Positions 18,969-28,315 of a stretch of 64,000 bases of DNA are shown in pieces. A program made the position numbers and the translations under genes. Under the pieces are notes generated by a model. That model searched no databases and was not told the origin of the DNA. It saw only the letters and a list, made by a program, of their open reading frames with translations. The number at the start of each line of letters is the position of its first letter. Positions within the stretch are counted from its first letter, which is position 1. Origin of the DNA: Escherichia phage vB_EcoM_PTE-Eco09; sequence record PQ306574.1; one strand, given 5' to 3'.

Positions 18969-20160
18969 TGTTCTCGATAATGGCTGGCCTCGTGAAGATC
19001 GAACGGGGGTAGGTACGCTCTCTAAATTCGGCGCAGAGATGCGAATTGACTTAAGCAAGGGTTTCCCATTACTGACCACTAAAAAGATGGCTACAGCCTC
19101 TGTAATTGGCGAATTGCTATGGTTTATGGAGGGATCACTTGACCGCCGTCGCTTACAGGAAATTACACGCGGTAAGTTTGACGAAGAAGCCTTCGACATT
19201 TGGCGCGGCAACTGTCTTGATATGAAAGAAAAGAATCCTTTGCGATTCAATGGTTATAATGTCGGCAATATGTATGGTATGGCGTGGCGACGCAAACCGA
19301 TTCATCCACACGGTGAAATCAAAATTAAGCGCGTTAAGAGCAAATATACACATACATTTAAGCACCCGTGGGTAGAAGACTTTACGCCAACCAATGAAAC
19401 AGAAGACCGTTTATGTGCTATCTGGCGTGGTATGCGTTATGAAGAGTTTGATTATATTCTGGTAGCAGACCACTGGAAGACTCAATCTAATTTTGTTAAT
19501 GATGCATATTGCTTGTGGGGATTCCAGGAATGGGTAGATGATGGTTATTTCGGTTATCTGCTTGATAGTGATTATCTGGGTGGGGATATTATAGCACCGG
19601 ATACCACGATGTTTGTTAGTATGGACGTAGACACATCAAGCACTAAAGACGATGAAGAATATGTCTATCGCCCGAAGATTTGGGAAGACCAGTTACAAAA
19701 CGTGATCGAACAAATTAAAAACAATCCAACGGATCGCCGGATCATTATTGACTCATGGAACGTACAAGGAACACATAATGCTGTATTAGGTGTATGTCAT
19801 CCTTTCGTGCAATTCTACGTCAATGAAGGTAAACTGTCTTGTATGTGGTTTCAGCGAAGCGTAGACAGCTTTTTAGGCTTGCCCTTTAACGTCGCCAGCT
19901 ATGCGCTGTTAACTCACATCATAGCGAAAATGTGTGATCTTGAGGTAGGAGAACTGATTTTCTCTGGTGGAGATACTCACATTTACAAAAACCATTTTGA
20001 TCAAGTCATGGAACAGTTAAGCCGTGTTCCGTTTGATAAACCAACAATTGAGTTGCCGGAATTTAAATCTTTAGATGAGGTATTGACAAAGACTCCGAAA
20101 GACTTTAAAATTCACAACTATCAAAGCCATCCAGCGATCACCGCTCAAATGGCAGTATAA
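18940..20160 (+). CDS. td: thymidylate synthase (ThyA family) with a ~120-aa in-frame insertion
   Basis: N- and C-terminal regions colinear with T4 Td (DRTG-GT, GFP-TTKK, ELLWF, catalytic CH, QRSVDSFLGLPFN-ASYA-L-HI-AKMC, FSGGDTHIY-NH, PKDF…MAV); extra segment between YGMAWRR and DQLQNVIEQI; no intron. Confidence 0.85.
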   Translation: MKEYLKLLRDVLDNGWPREDRTGVGTLSKFGAEMRIDLSKGFPLLTTKKMATASVIGELLWFMEGSLDRRRLQEITRGKFDEEAFDIWRGNCLDMKEKNPLRFNGYNVGNMYGMAWRRKPIHPHGEIKIKRVKSKYTHTFKHPWVEDFTPTNETEDRLCAIWRGMRYEEFDYILVADHWKTQSNFVNDAYCLWGFQEWVDDGYFGYLLDSDYLGGDIIAPDTTMFVSMDVDTSSTKDDEEYVYRPKIWEDQLQNVIEQIKNNPTDRRIIIDSWNVQGTHNAVLGVCHPFVQFYVNEGKLSCMWFQRSVDSFLGLPFNVASYALLTHIIAKMCDLEVGELIFSGGDTHIYKNHFDQVMEQLSRVPFDKPTIELPEFKSLDEVLTKTPKDFKIHNYQSHPAITAQMAV

Positions 20161-20165
20161 ACAAA

Positions 20166-20181
20166 GGGGGCGAAAGCCCCC
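20166..20181 (+). other. GNRA-tetraloop hairpin after td (no T-tract)
   Basis: GGGGGC-GAAA-GCCCCC. Confidence 0.4.
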
Positions 20182-20228
20182 AATATGGAGGATAAACTTG
20201 TTCCTGCTAAAATATGAAGTGAGGTAAT

Positions 20229-22472
20229 ATGATTAAAAATGTTGTTAAGTCTTCCGGTCTGACTGTTCCGTTTGAAAAAGAAAAAGTAATGAAAATTCTG
20301 GAAGCGGCAGCCGAAGGTCATAACGTTGATCCATATGAATTGTTTGATATGGTTGAACCACTTCTGACAGAAGGTATGTCTACCAATGATATCCAGAAAG
20401 TATTGATTAAGGTCGCCGCAGATAACATCACGGTAGAAACACCCGATTATCAATATGTAGCAAGTAACCTTGCAATGTTCGCGCTTCGTAAATCAGTATA
20501 CGGTCAATTCCAACCTATTGATTTTTATAGCCATATTGAGCGTAATATTGCAACCGGAAAATATGATCGCGAAATTCTGCAAAAATATTCCCGTGAAGAA
20601 GTGGAATATCTGGAGAAATTCATCGACCATAAACTTGATTTTAAAATGACCTATGCTGGTGCGATGCAGTTAAAAGAGAAATATCTTGTTCAGGATCGCA
20701 GCACTAAGAAAATCATCGAAACACCGCAATTTGCGTATATGCTGATCGGTATGTGCTTGCATCAAGAAGAGACCGAAAATCGACTTGAACATGTGATTGA
20801 TTTTTATAATGCGGTTGCGAATAAGCAAATCTCTCTGCCTACTCCGATTATGGCAGGTGTGCGTACCCCAACACGCCAATTTAGTTCGTGTGTGGTGATT
20901 GAAAGTGATGACTCATTGCAGGGTATTAATGAAACCGCAAATGCAATCATCAAGTATATTAGCAAGCGTGCTGGTATCGGTATCAACGCTGGCATGATTC
21001 GCGCGGAAGGATCTAAGATCGGGCATGGTGAAGTTCGTCATACTGGAGTTATCCCATTCTGGAAACATTTTCAGACTGCCGTTAAGTCATGCTCACAAGG
21101 CGGTATTCGTGGCGGGGCGGCGACTCTCTATTACCCAATGTGGCATTTAGAGTTTGAAAGTCTGATTGTGTTAAAGAACAATAAGGGGGTGGAAGATAAC
21201 CGCATTCGTCATCTTGATTACGGCGTACAGATTAATAACCTGATGGTAGAGCGATTCCTTAAACGGGATTACATTACTCTGTTTAGTCCAGATGTTGCAG
21301 GTGGCTTGTTGTGGGATCTATACTTCCGAGATGAGGAAGGTTTCCGCCAGCTTTACGAAAAACTGGAAAAAGATCCGAGTGTTCGTAAAACTCGTGTTAA
21401 AGCCGAAGACCTGTTTTTAGCGGTGGCAATTGAACGTTTTAACACTGGTCGAATCTACCCAACGTTCACAGACAACATGAACAATCACGGGGCGTTTATT
21501 CGTAATGTAGCACCGATTAAACAATCTAACCTGTGTTGTGAAATTGCTCTGCCAACAAAACCGATGGGTCGTGATGATTCAGAGATCAGCCTATGCACTT
21601 TGGCAGCATATGTTTTAGGTAATTTCGATATCGAAAATATGGAAGAAGTAGAACGCATTGCTATGGTTATGGTGCGTGCACTTGACAACCTGTTAGATTA
21701 TCAGGATTATCCTGTAGAACAAGCTCTGACAGCCAAAAAACGTCGCTCTCTGGGTGTTGGTGTGACTAACTTTGCATCGTATCTAGCAGATAATTTCTTC
21801 ACATATGAAGACGCTAGCGAGTTTACGCATAAAACGTTTGAACGCTTGCAATATGCTCTGATTAAGGCTAGTGTGCGACTGGCTAAAGAGAAGGGTGCTT
21901 GCGAACTGATGCACGAAACACGCTATGGTCGCGGTGAACTTCCTATCGACTGGTACAAAAAGACAGTAGATGAACTGGTTGATCCGGTGTATGAGATGGA
22001 TTGGGAAGAACTGCGCGAAGACCTGAAAAAATATGGCATTCGTAACAGTACGCTTTCGGCGCTGATGCCCTGTGAGTCATCTTCTCAGGTGTCTAACAGC
22101 ACAAACGGTATTGAACCGCCTCGCGGGATTGTATCGGTTAAAGGATCGAAAGAAGGGCAATTTAATCAGGTTATTCCGAACGTAGAGAATAATGCTGATG
22201 TTATTGACCTGCTTTGGACACTGATCAAGAAAGGTAACAAGCCCTATCTGACACTGGCAGCGATCATGCAGAAGTTTGTAGATCAGGCGATTAGTTCCAA
22301 TACATCCTATGATCCAAGCACTTATAAGACTGGTAAAGTCGATATTGCTGATGTGTTAGATGATATGTTGTTCGCTCAACATTACGGTCTGAAAACCCTG
22401 TATTATGCGAACGTTCGCGACGGTGCAGATGGTACGGAAGACGCTAGCGAGTGCTCATCTTGCAAGCTGTAA
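20229..22472 (+). CDS. nrdA: ribonucleotide reductase large subunit (class Ia alpha)
   Basis: 747 aa; ATP-cone N-terminus, catalytic core motifs (NLCCEI, SALMP-ESSSQ), C-terminal CSSCKL; size as T4 NrdA. Confidence 0.95.
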   Translation: MIKNVVKSSGLTVPFEKEKVMKILEAAAEGHNVDPYELFDMVEPLLTEGMSTNDIQKVLIKVAADNITVETPDYQYVASNLAMFALRKSVYGQFQPIDFYSHIERNIATGKYDREILQKYSREEVEYLEKFIDHKLDFKMTYAGAMQLKEKYLVQDRSTKKIIETPQFAYMLIGMCLHQEETENRLEHVIDFYNAVANKQISLPTPIMAGVRTPTRQFSSCVVIESDDSLQGINETANAIIKYISKRAGIGINAGMIRAEGSKIGHGEVRHTGVIPFWKHFQTAVKSCSQGGIRGGAATLYYPMWHLEFESLIVLKNNKGVEDNRIRHLDYGVQINNLMVERFLKRDYITLFSPDVAGGLLWDLYFRDEEGFRQLYEKLEKDPSVRKTRVKAEDLFLAVAIERFNTGRIYPTFTDNMNNHGAFIRNVAPIKQSNLCCEIALPTKPMGRDDSEISLCTLAAYVLGNFDIENMEEVERIAMVMVRALDNLLDYQDYPVEQALTAKKRRSLGVGVTNFASYLADNFFTYEDASEFTHKTFERLQYALIKASVRLAKEKGACELMHETRYGRGELPIDWYKKTVDELVDPVYEMDWEELREDLKKYGIRNSTLSALMPCESSSQVSNSTNGIEPPRGIVSVKGSKEGQFNQVIPNVENNADVIDLLWTLIKKGNKPYLTLAAIMQKFVDQAISSNTSYDPSTYKTGKVDIADVLDDMLFAQHYGLKTLYYANVRDGADGTEDASECSSCKL

Positions 22473-22480
22473 AATAAGTG

Positions 22481-22509
22481 TTGACGCGGGGAGAAATCCC
22501 CGCTATAAT
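22481..22509 (+). promoter_or_regulatory. early promoter with palindromic spacer (PeSL-like)
   Basis: TTGACG-CGGGGAGAAATCCCCGC-TATAAT then ACAACC-ATCAAAAACA leader. Confidence 0.5.
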
Positions 22510-22540
22510 ACAACCATCAAAAACAAGTGAGGATTTTATT

Positions 22541-22708
22541 ATGACCAAATTAAAATGTGTTGCTGTAGATTTTGAGCTAGCTGATAGCTTTGTTGTTGGT
22601 GATGAATATGATGCTCGACATGATGGGACTTGCTACTACGTCGAGGATGAATACGGTGTAGAATGGGCGATTCTTCCTGATGATAAATGTTTTGAGGTTG
22701 TCGGATAA
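22541..22708 (+). CDS. hypothetical small protein (55 aa)
   Basis: ATG with SD GTGAGG downstream of promoter; track ORF extends upstream without start signals. Confidence 0.45.
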   Translation: MTKLKCVAVDFELADSFVVGDEYDARHDGTCYYVEDEYGVEWAILPDDKCFEVVG

Positions 22709-22881
22709 TGGCTACTGTATGGTTATTGATTGCAATAAGCAATTCAATGTATAATTACGGAAATATGTCAAGCATTGAGTTTGCAACAAAGCAGGATTGC
22801 GTTAAAGCTCGCGAGATTATCCGCGAAGACAATAAACGCTTTATGAATCTATATTGCGTTGAAAAACAAAAGGTGAACTAA
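22708..22881 (+). CDS. small hydrophobic-N-terminus protein, paralog 1 (57 aa)
   Basis: MATVWLLIAISNS…CVEKQKVN; start overlaps upstream stop (TAATG); hand-derived. Confidence 0.4.
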   Translation: MATVWLLIAISNSMYNYGNMSSIEFATKQDCVKAREIIREDNKRFMNLYCVEKQKVN

Positions 22882-23048
22882 TGGCTACATTATGGTTATT
22901 GCTTTCCGTTAGCGTAGGCGTATATAATAAAGGAACTGTTACCAGCGTAGAGTTTTCATCATATCAAAATTGTTTTGAAGCTGTGCAGGAATTGCAGCAG
23001 GATAGCGAAATAAACAGAAATACTAAGTTCTTTTGTGTTAAAAAGTGA
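22881..23048 (+). CDS. small hydrophobic-N-terminus protein, paralog 2 (55 aa)
   Basis: MATLWLLLSVSVG…FCVKK; paralogous to previous ORF; start overlaps upstream stop. Confidence 0.4.
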   Translation: MATLWLLLSVSVGVYNKGTVTSVEFSSYQNCFEAVQELQQDSEINRNTKFFCVKK

Positions 23049-23117
23049 TAGTGAGGTGAATTAATCCTTCTTCTGGATACCTGATAAATAATGGTATACA
23101 GAAAAGAGGATTAATTC

Positions 23118-23765
23118 ATGAACTTACAAAAACTACATGACGCAATCATAGAAAAAGCAAAGACGAGAGGAACCGTTGAAGGGTATAAGGAAACACATCA
23201 TATTTTACCGCGATCTATGGGTGGCGGTGATGAAGTTGATAACCTGATTGAGTTGACAGCAAAAGAACATTTCGTGATTCATCATCTGCTAGCAAAAATT
23301 CATGGTGGACCTATGGCACAAGCATTTGGTATGATGTGTTTAGCAAAAAATGCGAAGACCAATAAAAGAGATTATATTGTTTCGTCTAGGGTATATGAAC
23401 AAGCTAGGGTACTTATCTCTGAACAAAGAAAGGGCAAACCTATGAAAGAAGAAACGCGAAGAAAGATTAGCGAATCTTCGAAAGGTGTGTTGAAATCAGA
23501 AGAGACAAAAGCTAAAATGCGTAAGCCAAAAACAAAGGAGCACGCGTTAAACATTTCAAAAGCTAGAATGGGCAGTAAAAATCCTATGTTTGGGAAACCA
23601 TCGCCAACTAAAGGAATACCACATAGTGAGGAAATGAGAAAGCTGATTGCACAAAGGACAAAGGAAGCAACAATGGCAGATCCTTGTCCGCATTGCGGTA
23701 AAATTACCAATAAAGGCAATTCTCTACGATGGCACTTTGATAACTGTAAAATGAGGAATATGTGA
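23118..23765 (+). CDS. HNH homing endonuclease with NUMOD-like repeats, in the nrdA-nrdB intergenic position (as mobE in T4)
   Basis: HNH motif (HHILPRSMGGGDEVDNLIELTAKEH-HH); repeated KxExxxK(I/M)(S/R) NUMOD-like modules. Confidence 0.7.
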   Translation: MNLQKLHDAIIEKAKTRGTVEGYKETHHILPRSMGGGDEVDNLIELTAKEHFVIHHLLAKIHGGPMAQAFGMMCLAKNAKTNKRDYIVSSRVYEQARVLISEQRKGKPMKEETRRKISESSKGVLKSEETKAKMRKPKTKEHALNISKARMGSKNPMFGKPSPTKGIPHSEEMRKLIAQRTKEATMADPCPHCGKITNKGNSLRWHFDNCKMRNM

Positions 23766-24932
23766 ATGGGAAATACGGTATTTAATCGTGAACACGTTGA
23801 TATTATGAATGAACCGATGTTTCTGGGCAGCGGTTTAGGTATCGCTCGTTATGACATTCAGCGTCATCAAGTATTTGAAGAATTAATTGAAAAATCTCTG
23901 TCATTTTTTTGGCGCCCCGAAGAAATTTCACTTGCAACCGACCGCATTCAATATCTTAATATGGGTGACGTTGAAAAGCGTTTCTTTACTGAAAACTTGA
24001 AGTATCAGACATTACTTGATTCTATTCAAGGTCGCGCACCGTCCGCAGCATTTGGTCCAATTGTATCTGATCCAACTCTCGATACATGGTTGCAAACATG
24101 GACATTCAGCGAAACGATTCATAGCCGAAGCTATACACACATTATGCGTAACTGTTTCATTGATCCGGCTAGTGAGTTCGACCAGATCATCGATAACCCT
24201 GCTATCATGAAGCGAGCGGAATCTATCGGGAAATATTATGATGATGTTCTTTATTGGATTCGTAAGTATGAGAATGCAAAAGAAGATCTCCGCTATTGGG
24301 AAGAACGAGACGACCAGACAGCATTAGATGATGCAAGAAGATTTTTTGAAGATACAAAACGAGATCTGATGGCTTCGATTTATCTGTGTGCACACTGCGT
24401 AAATGCACTGGAAGCAATCCGTTTTTATGTGTCCTTTGCATGTACTTTCAGCTTTGCCGAACGTGGTTTACTGGAAGGTAACGCGAAGATCATGAAATTT
24501 ATTGCGCGTGATGAACAACTTCACTTAAAAGGAACACAATACATTATTCGTCAATGGCAAACGGGGGTTGATGGTGATGAGTGGAAACAGATTGCGGAAG
24601 AACTTGAAGGCGAAGCAACGAAAATCTTTCTGGATGTTGTCGAGCAAGAAAAAGAATGGGTAGACCACCTATTCGCAATGGGGGCAATTCCTAACCTGTC
24701 ACCGGAAATTCTGAAAACCTATGTAGAATACCTGGCAGATTCCCGTATGCGTGCTGCCGGACTGAAAAGCCCGTTTAGTGTTCGTCGTCATCCGTTACCG
24801 TGGATGCGTAAATGGTTGAACTCTGACGAAGTACAGAATGCAGCGCAGGAAGTAGAGATTATGTATCTGGTATCTCAGGTTAATACCGATTTAACAGACG
24901 ACGACTACAACCGATTCGGGAAATATCTATGA
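23766..24932 (+). CDS. nrdB: ribonucleotide reductase small subunit (class Ia beta)
   Basis: 388 aa, same length as T4 NrdB; di-iron/tyrosyl radical protein motifs (SETIHSRSYTHI, CTFSFAERG, ARDEQLH); continuous ORF. Confidence 0.95.
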   Translation: MGNTVFNREHVDIMNEPMFLGSGLGIARYDIQRHQVFEELIEKSLSFFWRPEEISLATDRIQYLNMGDVEKRFFTENLKYQTLLDSIQGRAPSAAFGPIVSDPTLDTWLQTWTFSETIHSRSYTHIMRNCFIDPASEFDQIIDNPAIMKRAESIGKYYDDVLYWIRKYENAKEDLRYWEERDDQTALDDARRFFEDTKRDLMASIYLCAHCVNALEAIRFYVSFACTFSFAERGLLEGNAKIMKFIARDEQLHLKGTQYIIRQWQTGVDGDEWKQIAEELEGEATKIFLDVVEQEKEWVDHLFAMGAIPNLSPEILKTYVEYLADSRMRAAGLKSPFSVRRHPLPWMRKWLNSDEVQNAAQEVEIMYLVSQVNTDLTDDDYNRFGKYL

Positions 24933-25405
24933 TATATTTTGTCGATTTAGATTTTACGATCACAGATCCAACGCATCGACTAGCAAAGATGCCAACCGAA
25001 AATCTTGATAAAGTCGAGTCATGGATCGAATATAACAAAGCATGTGGGGGAGATTCCCCCATTTACGATGTAATTCGTGTTATTAATGCTCTTTCCGACA
25101 ACGGGCATTTGATTTACATCCTCACAGGACGAAGTTCACATGCTTACATGGAAACAATTGATTGGTTAATTTCTAACGGGGTGTGTTTTGATAAAATCTT
25201 TATGAGAGGCCGTACCGATTCCCGTAAAGACTATCACATCAAATTAGAGGTAATTAAATCCTTTGATAAAGATGAAGTTGTCGGAGTCTTTGAGGATAAC
25301 CCAGAAGTGATTAAAGTTTTGCGTGAAAATGGTTATCGTGTCTTTGACGTAGGAAATCACAAAGATAAGACGCGAGCGGATATTGCAAATCACGGTCATG
25401 ATTAA
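24929..25405 (+). CDS. HAD-superfamily phosphatase-like protein
   Basis: 158 aa; N-terminal DxDxT (VDLDFTIT) and downstream HAD-like elements; resembles the phosphatase half of PseT. Confidence 0.5.
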   Translation: MIYFVDLDFTITDPTHRLAKMPTENLDKVESWIEYNKACGGDSPIYDVIRVINALSDNGHLIYILTGRSSHAYMETIDWLISNGVCFDKIFMRGRTDSRKDYHIKLEVIKSFDKDEVVGVFEDNPEVIKVLRENGYRVFDVGNHKDKTRADIANHGHD

Positions 25406-25416
25406 TGTTTGTTCAA

Positions 25417-25441
25417 AGTCGCCCATAGTGGCGACTTTTTT
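25417..25441 (+). terminator. rho-independent terminator
   Basis: AGTCGCC-CATAGT-GGCGACT followed by TTTTT. Confidence 0.6.
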
Positions 25442-25452
25442 GTTATTGGGTG

Positions 25453-25481
25453 TTGACAATCGGATCGGGGTATAGCATAAT
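25453..25481 (+). promoter_or_regulatory. early promoter with conserved leader
   Basis: TTGACA-N17-CATAAT-GCACCC-ATCGAAACGGAGG. Confidence 0.5.
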
Positions 25482-25505
25482 GCACCCATCGAAACGGAGG
25501 AACAT

Positions 25506-25724
25506 ATGGAAACAGAAGAACAAGTCATTGCATATTTTCATCGTAAAAAGATGAAACTTAGAATCGAAAAGCAGTACATCAATCACTACATTGACCGAGT
25601 TCACTTAACAAGTACACCTTACCTATTCCGGTTGATAAACCCTAGAAAACGGTGGGAGAAGTTGGATAGAAACACAAAAATAATTGATAAGCTCACCCAG
25701 TGGTGGAATGAATACAACAAGTAA
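25506..25724 (+). CDS. hypothetical protein (72 aa)
   Basis: ATG ORF behind promoter cassette. Confidence 0.5.
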   Translation: METEEQVIAYFHRKKMKLRIEKQYINHYIDRVHLTSTPYLFRLINPRKRWEKLDRNTKIIDKLTQWWNEYNK

Positions 25725-25731
25725 AAAGTAG

Positions 25732-25765
25732 TTGACACTGAATAACTGGGGTAGTAAGATACTCC
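25732..25765 (+). promoter_or_regulatory. PeSL-like element: early promoter with stem-loop enclosing the -10
   Basis: TTGACA-N17-TAAGAT; inverted repeat GGGGTAGTA/TACTCCC; then ATCGAAACGA leader and GGAGAATCAAAATG. Confidence 0.55.
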
Positions 25766-25793
25766 CATCGAAACGAAACAAAGGAGAATCAAA

Positions 25794-26012
25794 ATGAAAT
25801 TTACTTGCACCGACTCTATCAGCAAGCACTTTGTAGTAGGCGAAGTATACGAATCTACTACCATTCGCCAGCGTGACCTGATGGGTCGCCTTTACAATCA
25901 GCCAGTATTCATTATTGGCGAAGAATTGTTCTACATTGAAAACCGTCCGTGGGTTGCTTTCAATAAACGAGGACGCAAGGTAGCAAAATTCGAACTTGTC
26001 ATTAAAAAGTAG
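25794..26012 (+). CDS. hypothetical protein (72 aa)
   Basis: ATG ORF behind PeSL-like cassette. Confidence 0.5.
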   Translation: MKFTCTDSISKHFVVGEVYESTTIRQRDLMGRLYNQPVFIIGEELFYIENRPWVAFNKRGRKVAKFELVIKK

Positions 26013-26047
26013 TTGACAGCATGAAACGGGGGTAGTAATATACCCCC
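26013..26047 (+). promoter_or_regulatory. PeSL-like element
   Basis: TTGACA-N17-TAATAT; perfect inverted repeat GGGGGTA/TACCCCC around -10; ATCGAAACGA leader. Confidence 0.55.
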
Positions 26048-26079
26048 ATCGAAACGAAATACACTTTAAGGAGAATCAA

Positions 26080-26229
26080 ATGAACAACTTTGACGCGGTA
26101 CTGAAAATGGCAATCGAAACTTACGCGGAGATCTCCGGCGAGAAAGTAGAGGACATTATCAAAGAATGTCAGAACTTTGAAAGCCAGACAGCCAAGAATG
26201 TTCAAATGTTGATGTTTGCGGTTGCATAA
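26080..26229 (+). CDS. hypothetical small protein (49 aa)
   Basis: MNNFDAVLKMAIETYAEISGEKVEDIIKECQNFESQTAKNVQMLMFAVA; SD AAGGAG; hand-derived. Confidence 0.4.
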   Translation: MNNFDAVLKMAIETYAEISGEKVEDIIKECQNFESQTAKNVQMLMFAVA

Positions 26230-26237
26230 AAAAGCAG

Positions 26238-26272
26238 TTGACAGCATATCACGGGAGTAGTAAGATACTCCC
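26238..26272 (+). promoter_or_regulatory. PeSL-like element
   Basis: TTGACA-N17-TAAGAT; inverted repeat GGGAGTA/TACTCCC. Confidence 0.55.
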
Positions 26273-26299
26273 ATCCCAAAACAACTAAGGAGTATCAAG

Positions 26300-26698
26300 A
26301 TGATTAAATTTCAAACTCGCAAAGACGTTCTGGACTTCGTTAAAGTTTTCGGTTACGCTGCATTGCAACATGCAATGGACAAAATGACCATCTCCCCAGA
26401 TCAGACTATGCTGATCCGTATGGTTAAAGCAACCGCCTACAAAAACGACATTACCCTCTCAGAAATCAACGACGGTAATACTGTCCGCGAGGTAATTGTT
26501 TCTTTCGAATCACCGAAAATTGGAGGTTTTCATACCACGATGTTAGGTGAAATCACTGTCACTGTATACGGGCAAGGTGGCGGAGTGTTTACCGTCAAAG
26601 AAGCAATGGAAAACGGAACACTGAACAAAGAAAAACTGGAATTTGTCCTGAAAATCATCAATGAGCGTAACGAAGCTCGCGATATTCTGGAAAGTTAA
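26300..26698 (+). CDS. hypothetical protein (132 aa)
   Basis: ATG ORF with SD behind PeSL-like cassette. Confidence 0.5.
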   Translation: MIKFQTRKDVLDFVKVFGYAALQHAMDKMTISPDQTMLIRMVKATAYKNDITLSEINDGNTVREVIVSFESPKIGGFHTTMLGEITVTVYGQGGGVFTVKEAMENGTLNKEKLEFVLKIINERNEARDILES

Positions 26699-26705
26699 TA
26701 AGGTG

Positions 26706-26729
26706 GGCGGGAGAAATCCCGCCTTTGTT
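26706..26729 (+). terminator. terminator-like hairpin
   Basis: GGCGGGA-GAAA-TCCCGCC followed by TTTGTTG. Confidence 0.5.
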
Positions 26730-26748
26730 GTGACGTGAGGAAAGGATA

Positions 26749-27150
26749 ATGATTAATGAGCTAATAGAAAACTATGGATTCGTTAAATATTCATGTTTAG
26801 AGTGTAAAGATGGTGACGTGATTCTACCGCCTCAGAAGAACCGTTTAAATGTTCTTTACGCTATTTCGGTTGATGATGAACTGGTATACATTGGTCAGAC
26901 TGTCAATCTCAGAAAGCGGATCAATTATTAACGGACTAGCATTAACAGACAAACACCAACAGCGGATACTCGCAAGAGTAAGAATATTCATAAGGCGCTA
27001 GAGGAAGGTAAGACAGTAACATTCTATTACCGCCAGTGCTTTGAGTTATATATTGAGAATCCAACGGGTAAAGATATTATAAGCACTGCCGATATCGAAG
27101 AACCTGTTTTGATCACCAAATTTAAACCAGAATGGAACACAAATTATGTC
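26749..27150 (+). pseudogene. GIY-YIG nuclease-like reading frame interrupted by one in-frame TAA (at about 26929-26931)
   Basis: N-part VLYAISVDDELVYIGQTVNLRKRINY, then TAA, then same frame stays open with GIY-YIG-like C-part (…ELYIEN…EEPVLITKFKPEWN); 3' end overlaps rnlA start. Confidence 0.4.
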
Positions 27151-28315
27151 AACAAAAGAAAACAACAAAAAAGTTTTAGCATTGTTCAAAAATCTGATGG
27201 CACTATGTGACGGATCTGATACGTTCTATTACAAAGATGAAATTACGGCGATGCAAACCCGTATGCGCATTTTTAGCTATCTGTACTTGAGCAAACCTGA
27301 AATGTGGAATAAACCAGATGCGTTAGAGTGTCGCGGGATCATGTTTGAAATTGACGATAAAGGTCGTCCGGTCCGCATCGCATCTCGTCCTATGGAGAAG
27401 TTTTTTAATTTGGGTGAGAATGATCGCGCTCGCTTTAAGCCGGAAGATGTGGAAATGGTCATGGACAAAATGGACGGTAGTCTAGTAAGCACATACATTG
27501 ATAACGGCTATGTTCAGTTGAAGTCTAAAGCGGCCTTGTACTCAAGCCAGGCAGAGAGAGCAAACGGTCTTCTGTATTCAGAGAAGTATGCGGATCTACG
27601 CGCTAAGATTGCTGATATTGGGTCTGATTATACTTTCAACTTTGAATATACAGCGCCCAGCAACCGAATTGTTGTAGAATATTCTGAACCGTCGCTAACA
27701 CTTCTGAATGTACGCCATAACGTCACAGGAGAGTACGTACCGCATCAAATGCTATTTTCTGACGCAATCCTACGTCCTCATCTGGTAAATGCGTTACAGG
27801 TTGATTCAGCGCGTTTTAGCAATATTCTTGATGAAGTTCGGACCGCAGAAGGTATCGAAGGAATTGTTGCACGCACTAAAGACGGTCAAATGTTCAAAGT
27901 GAAGAGTGAATGGTATATTGGTGTGCATAACATTAAAAACACATCGATGTTTCCTAATAACCTGATCTACTATGTCGTAGAAAGCGAAACCGATGATTTG
28001 CGTGCTGCATATGAAGGCGAACCGGAAGCACTGGAACGAATCGAGCTATTCGAGGAAGCATTCAGGTCTATTCTTCGCAATGCCTTCACGACAGCAACAG
28101 AATTTTATAACGCACACGCGGGAGAAGACAGAAAGACATATGCATCAAATGCGACTATCGAATCACGTAAACATGGTGATGCACAAGCATATATTTTCAT
28201 GTGTCTGATGATTGCATTTGATGGTCTTGATTATGACCGTATTCTGGATTCAATGAAAACTTACTATCTACGGAATTATAAGAAACTTATTCCGGCTGAT
28301 AAGATTGATTGGTAA
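27146..28315 (+). CDS. rnlA: RNA ligase 1
   Basis: 389 aa; nucleotidyltransferase motif I lysine in KMDGSL; size and neighbourhood as T4 gene 63. Confidence 0.8.
   Translation: MSTKENNKKVLALFKNLMALCDGSDTFYYKDEITAMQTRMRIFSYLYLSKPEMWNKPDALECRGIMFEIDDKGRPVRIASRPMEKFFNLGENDRARFKPEDVEMVMDKMDGSLVSTYIDNGYVQLKSKAALYSSQAERANGLLYSEKYADLRAKIADIGSDYTFNFEYTAPSNRIVVEYSEPSLTLLNVRHNVTGEYVPHQMLFSDAILRPHLVNALQVDSARFSNILDEVRTAEGIEGIVARTKDGQMFKVKSEWYIGVHNIKNTSMFPNNLIYYVVESETDDLRAAYEGEPEALERIELFEEAFRSILRNAFTTATEFYNAHAGEDRKTYASNATIESRKHGDAQAYIFMCLMIAFDGLDYDRILDSMKTYYLRNYKKLIPADKIDW

Noticed and set aside
19291-19651. Intein in the td insertion
   Set aside because: Insert does not begin with Cys/Ser or end with His-Asn followed by Cys/Ser/Thr; no endonuclease motifs seen.
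18940-24932. Group I introns in td and nrdB, as in T4
   Set aside because: Both reading frames are continuous across the T4 intron insertion sites, with no stops or frame breaks; the td size increase is an in-frame coding insertion.
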